A DNA stretch of 54,785 nucleotides, from positions 1 through 54,785 of the IMG/VR virus record IMGVR_UViG_3300044638_001221; one strand, 5' to 3'. This stretch comes from a virus (lineage: Duplodnaviria > Caudoviricetes). Under the pieces are notes generated by a model, which was given only the letters and a program-made list of their open reading frames with translations, was not told the origin of the DNA and made no database searches. The translations under genes and the position numbers were made by a program. The stretch's first letter is position 1; the number at the start of each line of letters is the position of its first letter. This document shows positions 19,968 to 29,515 of the stretch, piece by piece.

Positions 19968-21517
19968 GTTCTTTCTAACTCATCTTTGTAAAGTTCCATC
20001 AAATTAAATTGCGCTTGCTCTTTGCTATCGAGAGCCTTGTACAACTTAGCTTCTACTGGACTGCCCATTAGTTTTACAACTAAACATTTGTTCTTCTGCC
20101 CAGCCCGATGTATACGGGCGTTTGCTTGAGCGTATGTTTCATAGGAAGTAATAGGCGACCACCACACCACTGTGTTTGCAGCGTGTAAGGTGACACCATG
20201 TGATGCTGCTTGGGGCTGTATGACAAGCACCCGTGGGTCAGCGTCTTCTTGAAACCGTTTGAAGATATCGGTACGCCTGCCTGCTGGCACGCCCCCGTGG
20301 ATTACTTCTACCGTGTAGTTATCTTTACGCAGGGTGTCGTACAGAATTTCAATCGAATGCCTAAACGGCACAAACACAAGTACCTTGTTGGTGGACTCGT
20401 CGATTACTTCTTTCAGCACGGCGATGCGGTTGCTGGCATCGAACGACACCACCTCGTCGTTGTCTGTATACACAGCGCCACAAGATATTTGCAGCAACTT
20501 GTTTAACTTAGCTGCTGCGTTGACTGCCGTGATTTCTTCACCCGCCGCTTGCACCGCCATAACCTTGCGTAACTTGTCGTAGTACTTGGTCTGCTGCGGG
20601 GTAAGAGGTACTTCCCGCTCGGTGTACAACATGTCGGGCAAGTCAAGGCATTGGTCTTTGGTAAAGCGTATAGCGGGCTGGAGCAGTGCGCTGACTGACT
20701 GCTCTGCGGTAACCTTGGGCACCCACTTGAACGCGGTAATCTTGTGCATCACTTGGTCGCGGTACATGGTAAAACTGCGGGGTGTAGCAGAGGGGTTGAC
20801 TAATTTGGCTAGGCCGTACGCATCAAGGGGCGACTGCGAAGCAGGTGTACCCGTCAGCATCCACAGCCACATGTTGGGTTTCAAGATGCGGTTGAGTACC
20901 TTCCAGCGGGTTGTGGTCGCCGTCTTATACGCGTTCGCTTCGTCAATCACAATCATGTCAAACCCAGCTTTTGCTATGACATCTTCAACCACGGCTACAC
21001 CGTCAAAGTTAATGATGACGAACTCAGCATCGGAGTTAATGATTTGTGTACGCTTTTCTTTGCTGCCGTAGGCTATGCCTACCCTGCGGTGCATCGCCCC
21101 TTTGAAGATGTCGTTCTGCCATGCGGCTTGCATGATGGATAGGGGACAGATGACCAGCACACGCTTGATGTGTTTGGTGTTCATCAGGTAGTCAGCCGCC
21201 CATGTAACCGATAGCGTCTTGCCTGTGCCCGGCTCGTTAAAGCAGAACGCCCTGCGGTGCAGGGTAAAGAACGCGGATGTTTGTTTCTGGTGGGTGAACG
21301 GTTGGTAGATTCCGGGCCAGTTGTACTTGGACACAATGGGCGAGGGTACGTTCTTTATACGTAAGTTTTTAAGTACCTGCGCTTCTTCCAAACCCCAATG
21401 CACCATGACTGTACTAACGTCGCCATCCTCCAGCAATGTGCTTTTTGGGATGACGCTTAACACCTTGTGTGGGTTGCGTAATTTGAGCTTTAATGCTCTA
21501 CCTTCAATAATTTCCAT
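19964..21517 (-). CDS. SNF2-family helicase
   Basis: EPGTGKT, IDEAN, LTGTP, QANARIHRAGQ. Confidence 0.88.
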   Translation of the reverse strand: MEIIEGRALKLKLRNPHKVLSVIPKSTLLEDGDVSTVMVHWGLEEAQVLKNLRIKNVPSPIVSKYNWPGIYQPFTHQKQTSAFFTLHRRAFCFNEPGTGKTLSVTWAADYLMNTKHIKRVLVICPLSIMQAAWQNDIFKGAMHRRVGIAYGSKEKRTQIINSDAEFVIINFDGVAVVEDVIAKAGFDMIVIDEANAYKTATTTRWKVLNRILKPNMWLWMLTGTPASQSPLDAYGLAKLVNPSATPRSFTMYRDQVMHKITAFKWVPKVTAEQSVSALLQPAIRFTKDQCLDLPDMLYTEREVPLTPQQTKYYDKLRKVMAVQAAGEEITAVNAAAKLNKLLQISCGAVYTDNDEVVSFDASNRIAVLKEVIDESTNKVLVFVPFRHSIEILYDTLRKDNYTVEVIHGGVPAGRRTDIFKRFQEDADPRVLVIQPQAASHGVTLHAANTVVWWSPITSYETYAQANARIHRAGQKNKCLVVKLMGSPVEAKLYKALDSKEQAQFNLMELYKDELERT

Positions 21518-21531
21518 GTCTTCTCCAATAG

Positions 21532-21705
21532 CAAATCACTCCAAACGCGAATGTCGTTTGAAGATTTGGGTGGCACCTTGCGGGTGCCAATCGGCTAAAT
21601 CACCAACTCTAAGTACATTTAGAAAGGGGAGTAGGCTTTAGCTGGTGGGGTTAAAGGGTAACAACAGAGAGCCCCCGTAGTCTCACTCCCACCTTACAGA
21701 CTACG
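21532..21705 (-). ncRNA. Structured intergenic RNA/leader upstream of the helicase
   Basis: Four hairpins; G-U pairs and a cGCAAg loop favour the - strand; possible loop-loop pairing. Confidence 0.4.
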
Positions 21706-21707
21706 AA

Positions 21708-21986
21708 TTACTTTTTCTTTGGCTTGTTCACTTTAACAGTATGGTCACTGTTACGGCTGAACGAACGATTCTCTGACGCGGTTTTCAACCGTAGGTTGGA
21801 CTTGCCAGCACTACCACCCTTGCTGAGTGGCACCTTGTGGTCAATATCTTTACCCTTGCGGTCTATACCTTCGCGGTCGTACAAGTCACGGGCGTTCTCA
21901 CGCTTGCGTCTTGCAGGGGCTTCACCCCGTTCCAACTGCTGTGTGTATTCTTTTTTGTATGGTCTTGCTTTGTTTACGTATGGCAT
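21708..21986 (-). CDS. HNH endonuclease
   Basis: DIDHKVPLSKGG...NLR...N. Confidence 0.8.
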   Translation of the reverse strand: MPYVNKARPYKKEYTQQLERGEAPARRKRENARDLYDREGIDRKGKDIDHKVPLSKGGSAGKSNLRLKTASENRSFSRNSDHTVKVNKPKKK

Positions 21987-22664
21987 TTATTTCCTTCCAC
22001 AGTGGGCGCACTCGCTTACCCAGCAGTAATTCTTACACAAACCGTTGGGCTTTGCGTTCCAAACACCTGAACTATACGCGCCTTCCAGCATGGTGACGGT
22101 AGGCATCCAGTTGCCCCAGTAGCGGTGCTGCTGCTGGGCTTCGTACACCGATGGTACAAACTTACCCTCAGTCAGAAACAACAGGCCACCCTTGACCTTG
22201 TTCACCTTGGGGAACATCTTGAACACCGCCAGCGCCATGAGTTCTAACTGACCAACGTCAGCGTAACGGCTCTTGCCTAGCTTATAGTCCACAACCCGCG
22301 CTTCGCCCCGCTCCTCGTCCACGATGAGTAAGTCGGCTACGCCACGGAACCAGCAGTCGGGGGAAAAGAAGTCGCACGGCTCTAACGATTCGGTCAAAGC
22401 CATTTTAATTTCGCAATACTTGGTGCCAGAGATACGCTTCAAGGATTCCAGCGGCTCTTGCATGAAGTCAAACTTTGCTGGTATGGGTACGTCATCACGG
22501 ATATATAACTCCGCGACTGTGTGTGCTTCCTTGCCATACATGGCAGCTTCGCCCTCTGGCTCTTTCACATCCTTAATTACCTTGGTGTGGTAATACTTCT
22601 TTGGACAGGTTGTAAAAGTTTTCAAGCTAGAAAACGACCATGCTGGAATCTTATTAGCAATCAC
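21987..22664 (-). CDS. PD-(D/E)XK exonuclease, Cas4/RecB-like
   Basis: WSFSSL..CPKKY, GVAD, VDYK, QL, C-terminal CxxxCxxxxC. Likely GTG start at 22664. Confidence 0.8.
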   Translation of the reverse strand: MIANKIPAWSFSSLKTFTTCPKKYYHTKVIKDVKEPEGEAAMYGKEAHTVAELYIRDDVPIPAKFDFMQEPLESLKRISGTKYCEIKMALTESLEPCDFFSPDCWFRGVADLLIVDEERGEARVVDYKLGKSRYADVGQLELMALAVFKMFPKVNKVKGGLLFLTEGKFVPSVYEAQQQHRYWGNWMPTVTMLEGAYSSGVWNAKPNGLCKNYCWVSECAHCGRK

Positions 22665-24558
22665 CGTATGACATCCCCATTCCGCTTTCGCAGTTGACTG
22701 GTAACCCTTCGGCCCATGATGGTGTCCAACGCATGCAGGATTCCACATAGGCTCGTGCTTCATCTGCTTCTTCTTGCCGCGCAACAATACCGATAGCATC
22801 GTGTACTGTAAGTACAACCTTGTACCGCTTGGCAATTCGTAACATTTGTTCGCCAATGATACACCGCGCTATTGCCTGTGTAAAGTTTTCAACGACTTTT
22901 CCACCATAAATTTTATTGGTTCCCTTACGGGTGGTGTACTGGAATTGGCGTTTACCCTCGCCATCCACGACTTCAGCCAGCCCGCTGTAGAACACATACA
23001 GCCCGTTCGGTAGGCGGATACGCCCGCCAGTTGGTCCAGCGTCTACGGTCAGCAAGGCATTGCGCCCCAAGGTCATCGTCTGCCCCCTTGCCATGCACCG
23101 CAGGGCTTCTTGGGCTTCGCGCCATAACTGCGGTATCTTGGGGTAGGTAGCGCGGTAGGTATCAATGATTCGCTTGGCTTCATCACTGTCAATCTCGGTG
23201 CCAAATGTTTTGAGTTGCAGTTGGAACTTCGGGCCACCCATGCCGTACCCCGCACCAAGAATCGTTGTCTTACCAACGAACCGCTCAACCTTATCAATCG
23301 TATCAGCCGACTTGTTGTAGATGGCAGATGCCATGATTTTGTATACGTCCTCGCCCTTCGCGAATGCTCCCACCAAATCGTCTTGCTCAGATTCCCACGC
23401 CAAGGTGCGGGCTTCAATCTGTGACGAGTCCGCGTCGATAAACACATAACCCTCTGGCGCAAGGATGGCGTTCTTTAACTTGCCAGCGTTGTCACCCCGA
23501 CTTGGTAGGTTCTGTAGATTTATAGAATCTGTACCGCCCCATCGCCCCGTGTGGGCAGCGTAGTATTTCAACGGGATGGGGAACAGCCCGCGCTTGCCGA
23601 TGTCTATGAACCGTTGGGTGCGTGTCTCTTCAATCGTTGACTTCGTACCCAGCCTAGCCGCGACCAACGCTTGCACCCGTGGGTCTTCGTGTTCTAGCAA
23701 ATCTTGTAGGCCAGCATCTGTCTTGGCAAACGCGTATGTCTCTTTGCCCGTGGTCATGCTTATCTTCTTGGGTGGGGATATACCCAGCCCTTCCAGCATC
23801 TGCGCAAACTTGGGGTTGCTCATCAACGTCTTGCGCACCTCTGCCTTTACCTCTTCGTCACCCAGTATGTGTTTGACGGCTAAGTCTTTGTGGCCTATGG
23901 CTTGCAGTGCGCTGACCAAGTGATTGGTCTTCTGTCCCACCGTCTCAGCAAGGTGCTGCTCTAACAGCGTGCCATCAAGGCGCAGCACAGGGTCAATGAA
24001 CATCTGGAGCGTCAGGTCAATCAGCTTGAGTTCCGACTTGGGGAACTTGCCCTTCTGCATCATGATGTTAAAGATGTCGTAGGTTAGCTGCACATCGTTC
24101 TTACAGTACTCACCATAGTGGGCGAGTTCAAGCTGGCTGAACTGCACCAAGCGTTTGCCCTTGGCGTTATCCACCTCAGTGCCCTTCTGCCCCACGCCAT
24201 ACTTAACGGCGATGTTCTTGAGGGATACGCTTTGTTCTACGCCATGCAGGGCACGGGCCATCGACTGTGTGTCGAGCCAGCCCATAGGTTTAACGCCGTA
24301 CCGCCATGACAAGATAGCCCCATCGAACATGGTGTTGTGCGCCAGCACAAGCGAGTCAGCCCAAGGCAGTTGGTCAAGCGCCGCCGCTAGTAATAGTTCG
24401 CTACCTGATACCCACTTGGGGGGTGCGTCATCTATCTTGTAAGAAAAACCAATCGTCTGGAACAGCCCAGCCCGCACGTACTCTTCAGTACTTATCTTGC
24501 TCAGGCTGTAGTCTTGGTCGTAGTACGTTTCAAAGTCTACCGTAATTAGATGCGTCAT
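22654..24558 (-). CDS. DNA polymerase family A with 3'-5' exonuclease
   Basis: DFET exoI, AHNTMFD exoII, YCKND exoIII, DSSQIEAR motif A, KTTILGAGYG motif B, VHD motif C. Confidence 0.93.
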   Translation of the reverse strand: MTHLITVDFETYYDQDYSLSKISTEEYVRAGLFQTIGFSYKIDDAPPKWVSGSELLLAAALDQLPWADSLVLAHNTMFDGAILSWRYGVKPMGWLDTQSMARALHGVEQSVSLKNIAVKYGVGQKGTEVDNAKGKRLVQFSQLELAHYGEYCKNDVQLTYDIFNIMMQKGKFPKSELKLIDLTLQMFIDPVLRLDGTLLEQHLAETVGQKTNHLVSALQAIGHKDLAVKHILGDEEVKAEVRKTLMSNPKFAQMLEGLGISPPKKISMTTGKETYAFAKTDAGLQDLLEHEDPRVQALVAARLGTKSTIEETRTQRFIDIGKRGLFPIPLKYYAAHTGRWGGTDSINLQNLPSRGDNAGKLKNAILAPEGYVFIDADSSQIEARTLAWESEQDDLVGAFAKGEDVYKIMASAIYNKSADTIDKVERFVGKTTILGAGYGMGGPKFQLQLKTFGTEIDSDEAKRIIDTYRATYPKIPQLWREAQEALRCMARGQTMTLGRNALLTVDAGPTGGRIRLPNGLYVFYSGLAEVVDGEGKRQFQYTTRKGTNKIYGGKVVENFTQAIARCIIGEQMLRIAKRYKVVLTVHDAIGIVARQEEADEARAYVESCMRWTPSWAEGLPVNCESGMGMSYGDC

Positions 24559-24976
24559 TAAATGCCTGTCCTATGCTGCTTTGTTGTAAGCTGTTTTGCT
24601 GCCGTAATGCGTTTTCCCAACCTTGTTTGGATGCGTATGCGTTTCTCGCCATTTGCGGGTCGTATTCGTATTGCGGTACTGTGCCTTTCCGTGTGTCTGT
24701 TGTTCCTGAGTCCGCGCCACCAAGGATTTGCTGCAACATATTTTTGTACATATCCGCAAGATAGATTGCACGGTATGTTTCTAGCATCGCACTGACTTCT
24801 TCTTTAGGCAAAGCCCAAAGTGCCTTTGCCCGTACGATGTCGGGGTCGCGTGCAATATCTTGCAGCGCCATTACCAAAGTGTCCCATCTATGCTTGGGGC
24901 TGTGGGGCATGAATTCCTCTGGGTTTGACCCCATGCGTGCTATCACCAGCTTGGTGTAATCAGAAAAGTTTTCCAT
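24530..24976 (-). CDS. Hypothetical protein
   Basis: ARMGSNPEEF block; overlaps both neighbours. Confidence 0.6.
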   Translation of the reverse strand: MENFSDYTKLVIARMGSNPEEFMPHSPKHRWDTLVMALQDIARDPDIVRAKALWALPKEEVSAMLETYRAIYLADMYKNMLQQILGGADSGTTDTRKGTVPQYEYDPQMARNAYASKQGWENALRQQNSLQQSSIGQAFNDASNYGRL

Positions 24977-25274
24977 ACAAGTCCTCTATTTTCATCAGCC
25001 ATTCTTTCAACTGGCCTACGTTTGTTTCGTTGATGACCCACGCCGTGCCGTGTGCCTTGCGTATATTGGCAAGCTCTCGCTCTTGCAAGACAGTCGTTAC
25101 CCCCTTACCCGCCTTGCATTCAATGGCTATGAAGTGCCCATCAAGGCAGCAGATGATGTCGGGTATGCCCTGTCTACCGTAGCCGTTAGCGGGCGGGCAG
25201 AAGTAATAGACACCATGCTCATCGAGTATGGTGCGTACCGCATGCTTGACCTTGACTTCAGGTGTTTGAGCCAT
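24960..25274 (-). CDS. VRR-NUC family nuclease/resolvase
   Basis: TPE..VK, GIPDII, AIECKA, T.LQ. Confidence 0.82.
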   Translation of the reverse strand: MAQTPEVKVKHAVRTILDEHGVYYFCPPANGYGRQGIPDIICCLDGHFIAIECKAGKGVTTVLQERELANIRKAHGTAWVINETNVGQLKEWLMKIEDLYGKLF

Positions 25275-25545
25275 GCGTCTGTTCCTCGTCAAGTTTTAGT
25301 GCGTAGTGCTGCGCTTTGCCCGTGTCATCGCTGCCAGCCTTCTTGCCTTGGCGCATGGCGTACTTGATGATGTTGCCTTTGAGGTAGCCACGGAACTCCT
25401 CTGGGGTAAGCACGGATTTCATTACAGCCCAAGGCTGCATGCCCATGTCTTTGTAGTGTGTGCCGCTGACTTGCAAATCGTCAGCGCGTGTACCGTTGGG
25501 CTGGTGTTCCACTAAAGTCTCTGGGAAAAGTTCAATCTGTTGCAT
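25258..25545 (-). CDS. DUF3310 / T7 gp1.7-like nucleotide kinase domain protein
   Basis: QVSGTHY..GYLKGNIIKYAMR..K..DD..KA.HY. Confidence 0.75.
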   Translation of the reverse strand: MQQIELFPETLVEHQPNGTRADDLQVSGTHYKDMGMQPWAVMKSVLTPEEFRGYLKGNIIKYAMRQGKKAGSDDTGKAQHYALKLDEEQTHGSNT

Positions 25546-25547
25546 AG

Positions 25548-25775
25548 TTATCTCCAAAATTGTTGTAAAGCCGATGTACCAAAACCTTTTTGGTACTCTT
25601 TCTCTTTGGGTTCAGCCAGTCGTTTCTTACTTGGCAAAGCCCCCGCGAACACTTCTTCTTTCGTTTTGAACGTACAGAAACAAAGTTTGCAATACCTTCT
25701 GCGGTAAGTGAATCCTTCGTTCTGTATGGTATCGACAATGGCTATCTTGTCGCCTTCGCACTTGGGGCACTTCAT
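25548..25775 (-). CDS. NrdR-like zinc-ribbon protein
   Basis: MKCPKC..VDT..RRRYCKLC...FKTKE; ATGA overlap start. Confidence 0.7.
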   Translation of the reverse strand: MKCPKCEGDKIAIVDTIQNEGFTYRRRYCKLCFCTFKTKEEVFAGALPSKKRLAEPKEKEYQKGFGTSALQQFWR

Positions 25776-25918
25776 CCAAGTAACTCCTTCTGCAACACCT
25801 CTTGGCATGTTGCAAGGTCTTCGTACAAGTGTTCGGGTAGCCTGTGCTTATCTGCAAAGCTCCACGACTCCAACGCCGATAGCAGTTTAATTATTGCGAG
25901 TATCTGTTCTTTAGTCAT
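25772..25918 (-). CDS. Small hypothetical protein (48 aa)
   Basis: Read by hand: MTKEQILAIIKLLSALESWS...ELLG*. ATGA-coupled at both ends. Confidence 0.6.
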   Translation of the reverse strand: MTKEQILAIIKLLSALESWSFADKHRLPEHLYEDLATCQEVLQKELLG

Positions 25919-26073
25919 GTGTTCTTTCCTCTCCAAATATTGATTGCACGTTTAAGCGCGTACCACAGACTCCGCTGCATAAGCTGCTGTTTTAAACGCT
26001 CGTTCTCCAGCATCAACTCACTGTTATGCGTGGACATTAGGTTCCATGCTTTTTGAATGTCTTCTTGTGTCAT
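25915..26073 (-). CDS. Small hypothetical protein (52 aa)
   Basis: Read by hand: MTQEDIQKAW...WRGKNT*. GGAGG SD and ATGA coupling. Confidence 0.6.
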   Translation of the reverse strand: MTQEDIQKAWNLMSTHNSELMLENERLKQQLMQRSLWYALKRAINIWRGKNT

Positions 26074-26477
26074 GTGTTCCCCTCCTTTAGCCATTCTTGA
26101 ATACGCTTAAACGCAACTAAATAATTACCATTCTCGGCAAGCCGTACAGCCTCCAAGAATTGCGCCTCCGTCAGCCCTACCCAAGGGCGTTGTTGCGGGG
26201 TGGTGTAGAGAGGTGTTGAACGCTTAAACCCGTGGTAATCATCAGTCTCATGTGTGTTGTGCCAATAGATAATTTTCTTTTCTTCATCAAGCCACGCCAC
26301 AGGCTCTTGTGCTGGCTCATCGGGGCAGTCTTCACACTTTGTCTTGCAGCCGTTCATCTTCATGCACCAAGGCTCTTGCTGTGCCAAGGCTGCTTTGATT
26401 TTGGTAAGAAGTGCAGTTGGGTATGCAAAATTACCACCTTCAAGCAAAAATGCCATTTCTTCTAAAAGTTCTTTCAT
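26070..26477 (-). CDS. Hypothetical protein (EPVAW/PLY mosaic family)
   Basis: QEPVAW...PLYT...WVGLT motif common in variable phage genes. Confidence 0.65.
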   Translation of the reverse strand: MKELLEEMAFLLEGGNFAYPTALLTKIKAALAQQEPWCMKMNGCKTKCEDCPDEPAQEPVAWLDEEKKIIYWHNTHETDDYHGFKRSTPLYTTPQQRPWVGLTEAQFLEAVRLAENGNYLVAFKRIQEWLKEGNT

Positions 26478-26686
26478 TCCGTCACCTCCTGTTTTGCAGT
26501 CAAAGATTCCAAGCGTTTAATCCGTGCCACGTTGTAGGCAACGATGGCGGTGTGGTACTCCATGCTCGATTGATGGCGTAGCTTAGTGCGCTGCGCTTGT
26601 ATCAGTTCCTCGGCGATAAGTTCCGCAGGGGTCGGCATGACCCAGTGGTTTATCAGCCATTCCCATACATTTTTTAAGTGGTTCAT
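26474..26686 (-). CDS. Hypothetical protein
   Basis: Coupled ORF; PTPAEL..EL..AQR..EY..RIKRL. Confidence 0.6.
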   Translation of the reverse strand: MNHLKNVWEWLINHWVMPTPAELIAEELIQAQRTKLRHQSSMEYHTAIVAYNVARIKRLESLTAKQEVTE

Positions 26687-26937
26687 TTGAATATGCTCCT
26701 TGCTAATACGGTTTTAGTGGGTTCGCACTGCGTCACGCTCGATGGCTGCTTGTAGATGATGTACCCCGCGATAAAGGCAACGGTTGCTACCATGCCAAGC
26801 AATGTCATTAAATCAATAAAGCCATCCCACAGCCGTTCAAATACGGTTGGCGTTTCGTATTCAATCATGTCGTCAATCGTTTCAAACTTCGCGCCTGTTT
26901 CTTCTGCGTCAATCAATAAGTTTTTTAGCTTGCCCAT
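26683..26937 (-). CDS. Hypothetical membrane protein
   Basis: One TM segment LMTLLGMVATVAFIAGYII. Confidence 0.55.
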   Translation of the reverse strand: MGKLKNLLIDAEETGAKFETIDDMIEYETPTVFERLWDGFIDLMTLLGMVATVAFIAGYIIYKQPSSVTQCEPTKTVLARSIFK

Positions 26938-27269
26938 ATTGCGTCTTCCCATTCTTTAATATAACCAAAGTGAAGTAAATCGTTTGCAAGTTCAACTTGT
27001 ATGAACTTGTTTTTCAATAAGTGTTTACTCGCCTGTGAGACAAGCCAGAACGCGCTACCTACGCGGTGGCCTATGCTCTTAATCTCACCCATCTTGTCCA
27101 CCATACTTAGCAGTGCCACATCTTTACGTATCCAGTCAGGCAGATGGTCATCATCGAATATGGCTTGTGGCCCGATGATTTCTTTTCTGTGGTCTAGATA
27201 CGCAGTGATGCGCCACCGCCCATCTTCTTCAAGAAGAACGCGGTAGATGTAATCAAAATTACGTTTCAA
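26925..27269 (-). CDS. Hypothetical protein
   Basis: LPDWI...ALL.M...IG.RV..FW block. TTG start inferred after the vWA stop. Confidence 0.55.
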   Translation of the reverse strand: MKRNFDYIYRVLLEEDGRWRITAYLDHRKEIIGPQAIFDDDHLPDWIRKDVALLSMVDKMGEIKSIGHRVGSAFWLVSQASKHLLKNKFIQVELANDLLHFGYIKEWEDAIWAS

Positions 27270-27279
27270 ATCTTTGCCC

Positions 27280-28440
27280 TTACATATGAATAGTTGTGCC
27301 GTTGGAAGCAACAGCGTGTTTGTTGTCGGCAATGCACCAAAGGATTGGTGCAGGCCAGTTGTAACCCCAGTCATTGAATACCTCTCCATCTGTGAGCATG
27401 ACGATACAGTCGGGCTTGATGTTGTGTTCATTCAAGTAATCCGACATACAACTCGGGGCCGTACCACCGCCGCCCTTGGGCTTCGTGCTTTCGCGCAGTG
27501 ATGGCAATGCCTGCTCGTCATAGGTTTCGTGTGCAGCTACAGTATGCCCCCAATAAATCACATCGACAAGTTCGGGTTTAACTGACTCGCAAATACCCTG
27601 CGCTTCGGCGAGAAATGCAGCCAGTTCCTTGTCCCCGATTGAGCCTGACGAATCGACACCCAACACAACACGGCGTACCCTGTCGCTATAAGATGTTGGC
27701 AACGTCAAGTCTTGACTCTGGAACCTGCGGTCAATGCGGCGATACGATGTGTAGTCATCCCCTATGATTGAGTTGGTTGCAAACTCACGCATGGCATCGC
27801 GCCAGTCCACCTTGGGGGAAAGCATCTCCATCAGGCCACGGTCTACATTCGCACCCGCCTTGCTTGCAAGGATGCCGCCTTGGCGCAACGCTTGGTCAAT
27901 GGCGCTAGACATGTCGTCCACCTCTGCTTGGGTCATCGACTCACCCGACTCCCAGTCATGCTCATCAAAGCCTTGCTCGCCGCCTTGTGGCTCACCGTCA
28001 GGGTATTGCTTCTTCAGTAGGCGAAACACCTCACCCGCATCCATGTCACGGTACTGCTGGTCTAGACACCCGCCGTCAGGTAGTTTTACAAAACCATCTT
28101 TCAGGTATCTGTCATTGATGGGCAGGTTGATGACATAGTCGCATGCCATGTTGGCTAGTTGCGGGCTGTCTTTGTACATCCATCGCCATGTATGCATATG
28201 CTTGTAGGCACAGTGCATCTTCTCGTGCAGTACCAGCCCCATAAGTTCAGCATCAGTCAGCTTACTGATGAACTGCAAGCCGTACTCGGTGTTGACACCG
28301 TCTGTACGCGCTGTCATCTTGGGGTCGTCCACGACTGTGGATTTCCCATACATAACGATGCATGCAATCATCATGTAATCGGGGTCGCGGATAAGCGACA
28401 CATGCGCCCGCTCAAGGCGCTGTGATTGTGATAAGTTCAT
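27280..28440 (-). CDS. DUF2201-type metallopeptidase plus vWA domain protein
   Basis: ARTDG, HEKMH, NMACDYVIN; MIDAS DSSGS, GGGGT, LTDG. Confidence 0.85.
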   Translation of the reverse strand: MNLSQSQRLERAHVSLIRDPDYMMIACIVMYGKSTVVDDPKMTARTDGVNTEYGLQFISKLTDAELMGLVLHEKMHCAYKHMHTWRWMYKDSPQLANMACDYVINLPINDRYLKDGFVKLPDGGCLDQQYRDMDAGEVFRLLKKQYPDGEPQGGEQGFDEHDWESGESMTQAEVDDMSSAIDQALRQGGILASKAGANVDRGLMEMLSPKVDWRDAMREFATNSIIGDDYTSYRRIDRRFQSQDLTLPTSYSDRVRRVVLGVDSSGSIGDKELAAFLAEAQGICESVKPELVDVIYWGHTVAAHETYDEQALPSLRESTKPKGGGGTAPSCMSDYLNEHNIKPDCIVMLTDGEVFNDWGYNWPAPILWCIADNKHAVASNGTTIHM

Positions 28441-28441
28441 A

Positions 28442-29497
28442 TTATGCAAACAGGTATTGGTTGGCGATAGCGAACTCGGTGAACTTGTCGTTCTCCATAG
28501 CGAAGTCTTTGCTGGGCTTCTTGACAATGGTCGTACAGAACAACGCTTGCATCTCTTTGGGCATGCGGGACATGTAGTCCATCCAAGAGTCAAGCGTATC
28601 TTCTGATACCCAGTTCAACGCCTGATGCGTGAGCATCATCTTGCCAGCGATTTCCTTGGGCATAGGTGCGCTATCAGGGCCAGCAATAATCTCAGCGCGG
28701 CGTGGCAATGAGTCACCCATCTGAATCCATGCTTGCAAGTCCACAGTAGCGGGCGCACCGATAGTGCCAATCAACGCATTCTCCAGCGCACGCTTGGTAA
28801 ACATACCGCGCTTGTTCACAATCTTGCTGGCCTGTGCCAACGAACGATGCGTAACGAACGCACTGCGCTGTGCCTTGGGGTGGTAAATCATGGGGTTGTC
28901 GTCAGGGTTGTCGTACATCTCGAACGGGTGCAACGCTTCGGGGCGCTCACCTACCCACATAATAATTTCGGGCGACACATCGTTGAAGCGTGCCCATGTA
29001 TCCACCCAGTCAGGTGCAGGCATCTTCTCCAATTGAGTAAACGATACGCGGTTGCGGTGATGCCCTTGGAACACATCGCCCACATTCTCAGAGCCTTTGT
29101 TGGTAGTGCCAAAGACAAACGACTCAGGGTGCAGGTATCGGTTACCCGCTCTGCGCTCAACCAGCAGGGGTAGTGACGCATTCAGCGTGGGCCGTGGTGC
29201 CTTGCCAATCTCATCCAGCATAAGTATCACAGGCACGTTGTCGTGCAGCCCAAACGATTCGTTGTAATAGAACTCAGTCGTCTTGGTATCGTGGTTGACT
29301 GCGGGGATGCGGAAGTCACCCTCATGCATCACAGTCATATCCATGTACACCTTGCGGTGGTTGGGGAAACGCTTGTGCAGCGCATCTATCAAAGATGATT
29401 TGCCAGAACCTATGTGGCCTTCAACGATGGTAGTTACCTCCGTGCCAACGGCAGCGATAAAGTCAACTGTCTCTTGATAATTCATTGATGTTTGCAT
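28442..29497 (-). CDS. MoxR-like AAA+ ATPase
   Basis: Walker A GHIGSGKS, Walker B MLDEIGK, adjacent vWA partner. Confidence 0.82.
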   Translation of the reverse strand: MQTSMNYQETVDFIAAVGTEVTTIVEGHIGSGKSSLIDALHKRFPNHRKVYMDMTVMHEGDFRIPAVNHDTKTTEFYYNESFGLHDNVPVILMLDEIGKAPRPTLNASLPLLVERRAGNRYLHPESFVFGTTNKGSENVGDVFQGHHRNRVSFTQLEKMPAPDWVDTWARFNDVSPEIIMWVGERPEALHPFEMYDNPDDNPMIYHPKAQRSAFVTHRSLAQASKIVNKRGMFTKRALENALIGTIGAPATVDLQAWIQMGDSLPRRAEIIAGPDSAPMPKEIAGKMMLTHQALNWVSEDTLDSWMDYMSRMPKEMQALFCTTIVKKPSKDFAMENDKFTEFAIANQYLFA

Positions 29498-29515
29498 ACG
29501 TACTTTCTTGGTTGG

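Noticed and set aside
21708-21986. HNH as an intron-encoded homing endonuclease
   Set aside because: Freestanding 92-aa gene between intact genes; the adjacent structured region lacks recognisable group I P7 or group II domain V features.
21987-22664. Cas4-like nuclease as part of a CRISPR-Cas system
   Set aside because: Standalone Cas4/RecB-like exonucleases next to PolA are normal phage replication genes; no array or other cas genes.
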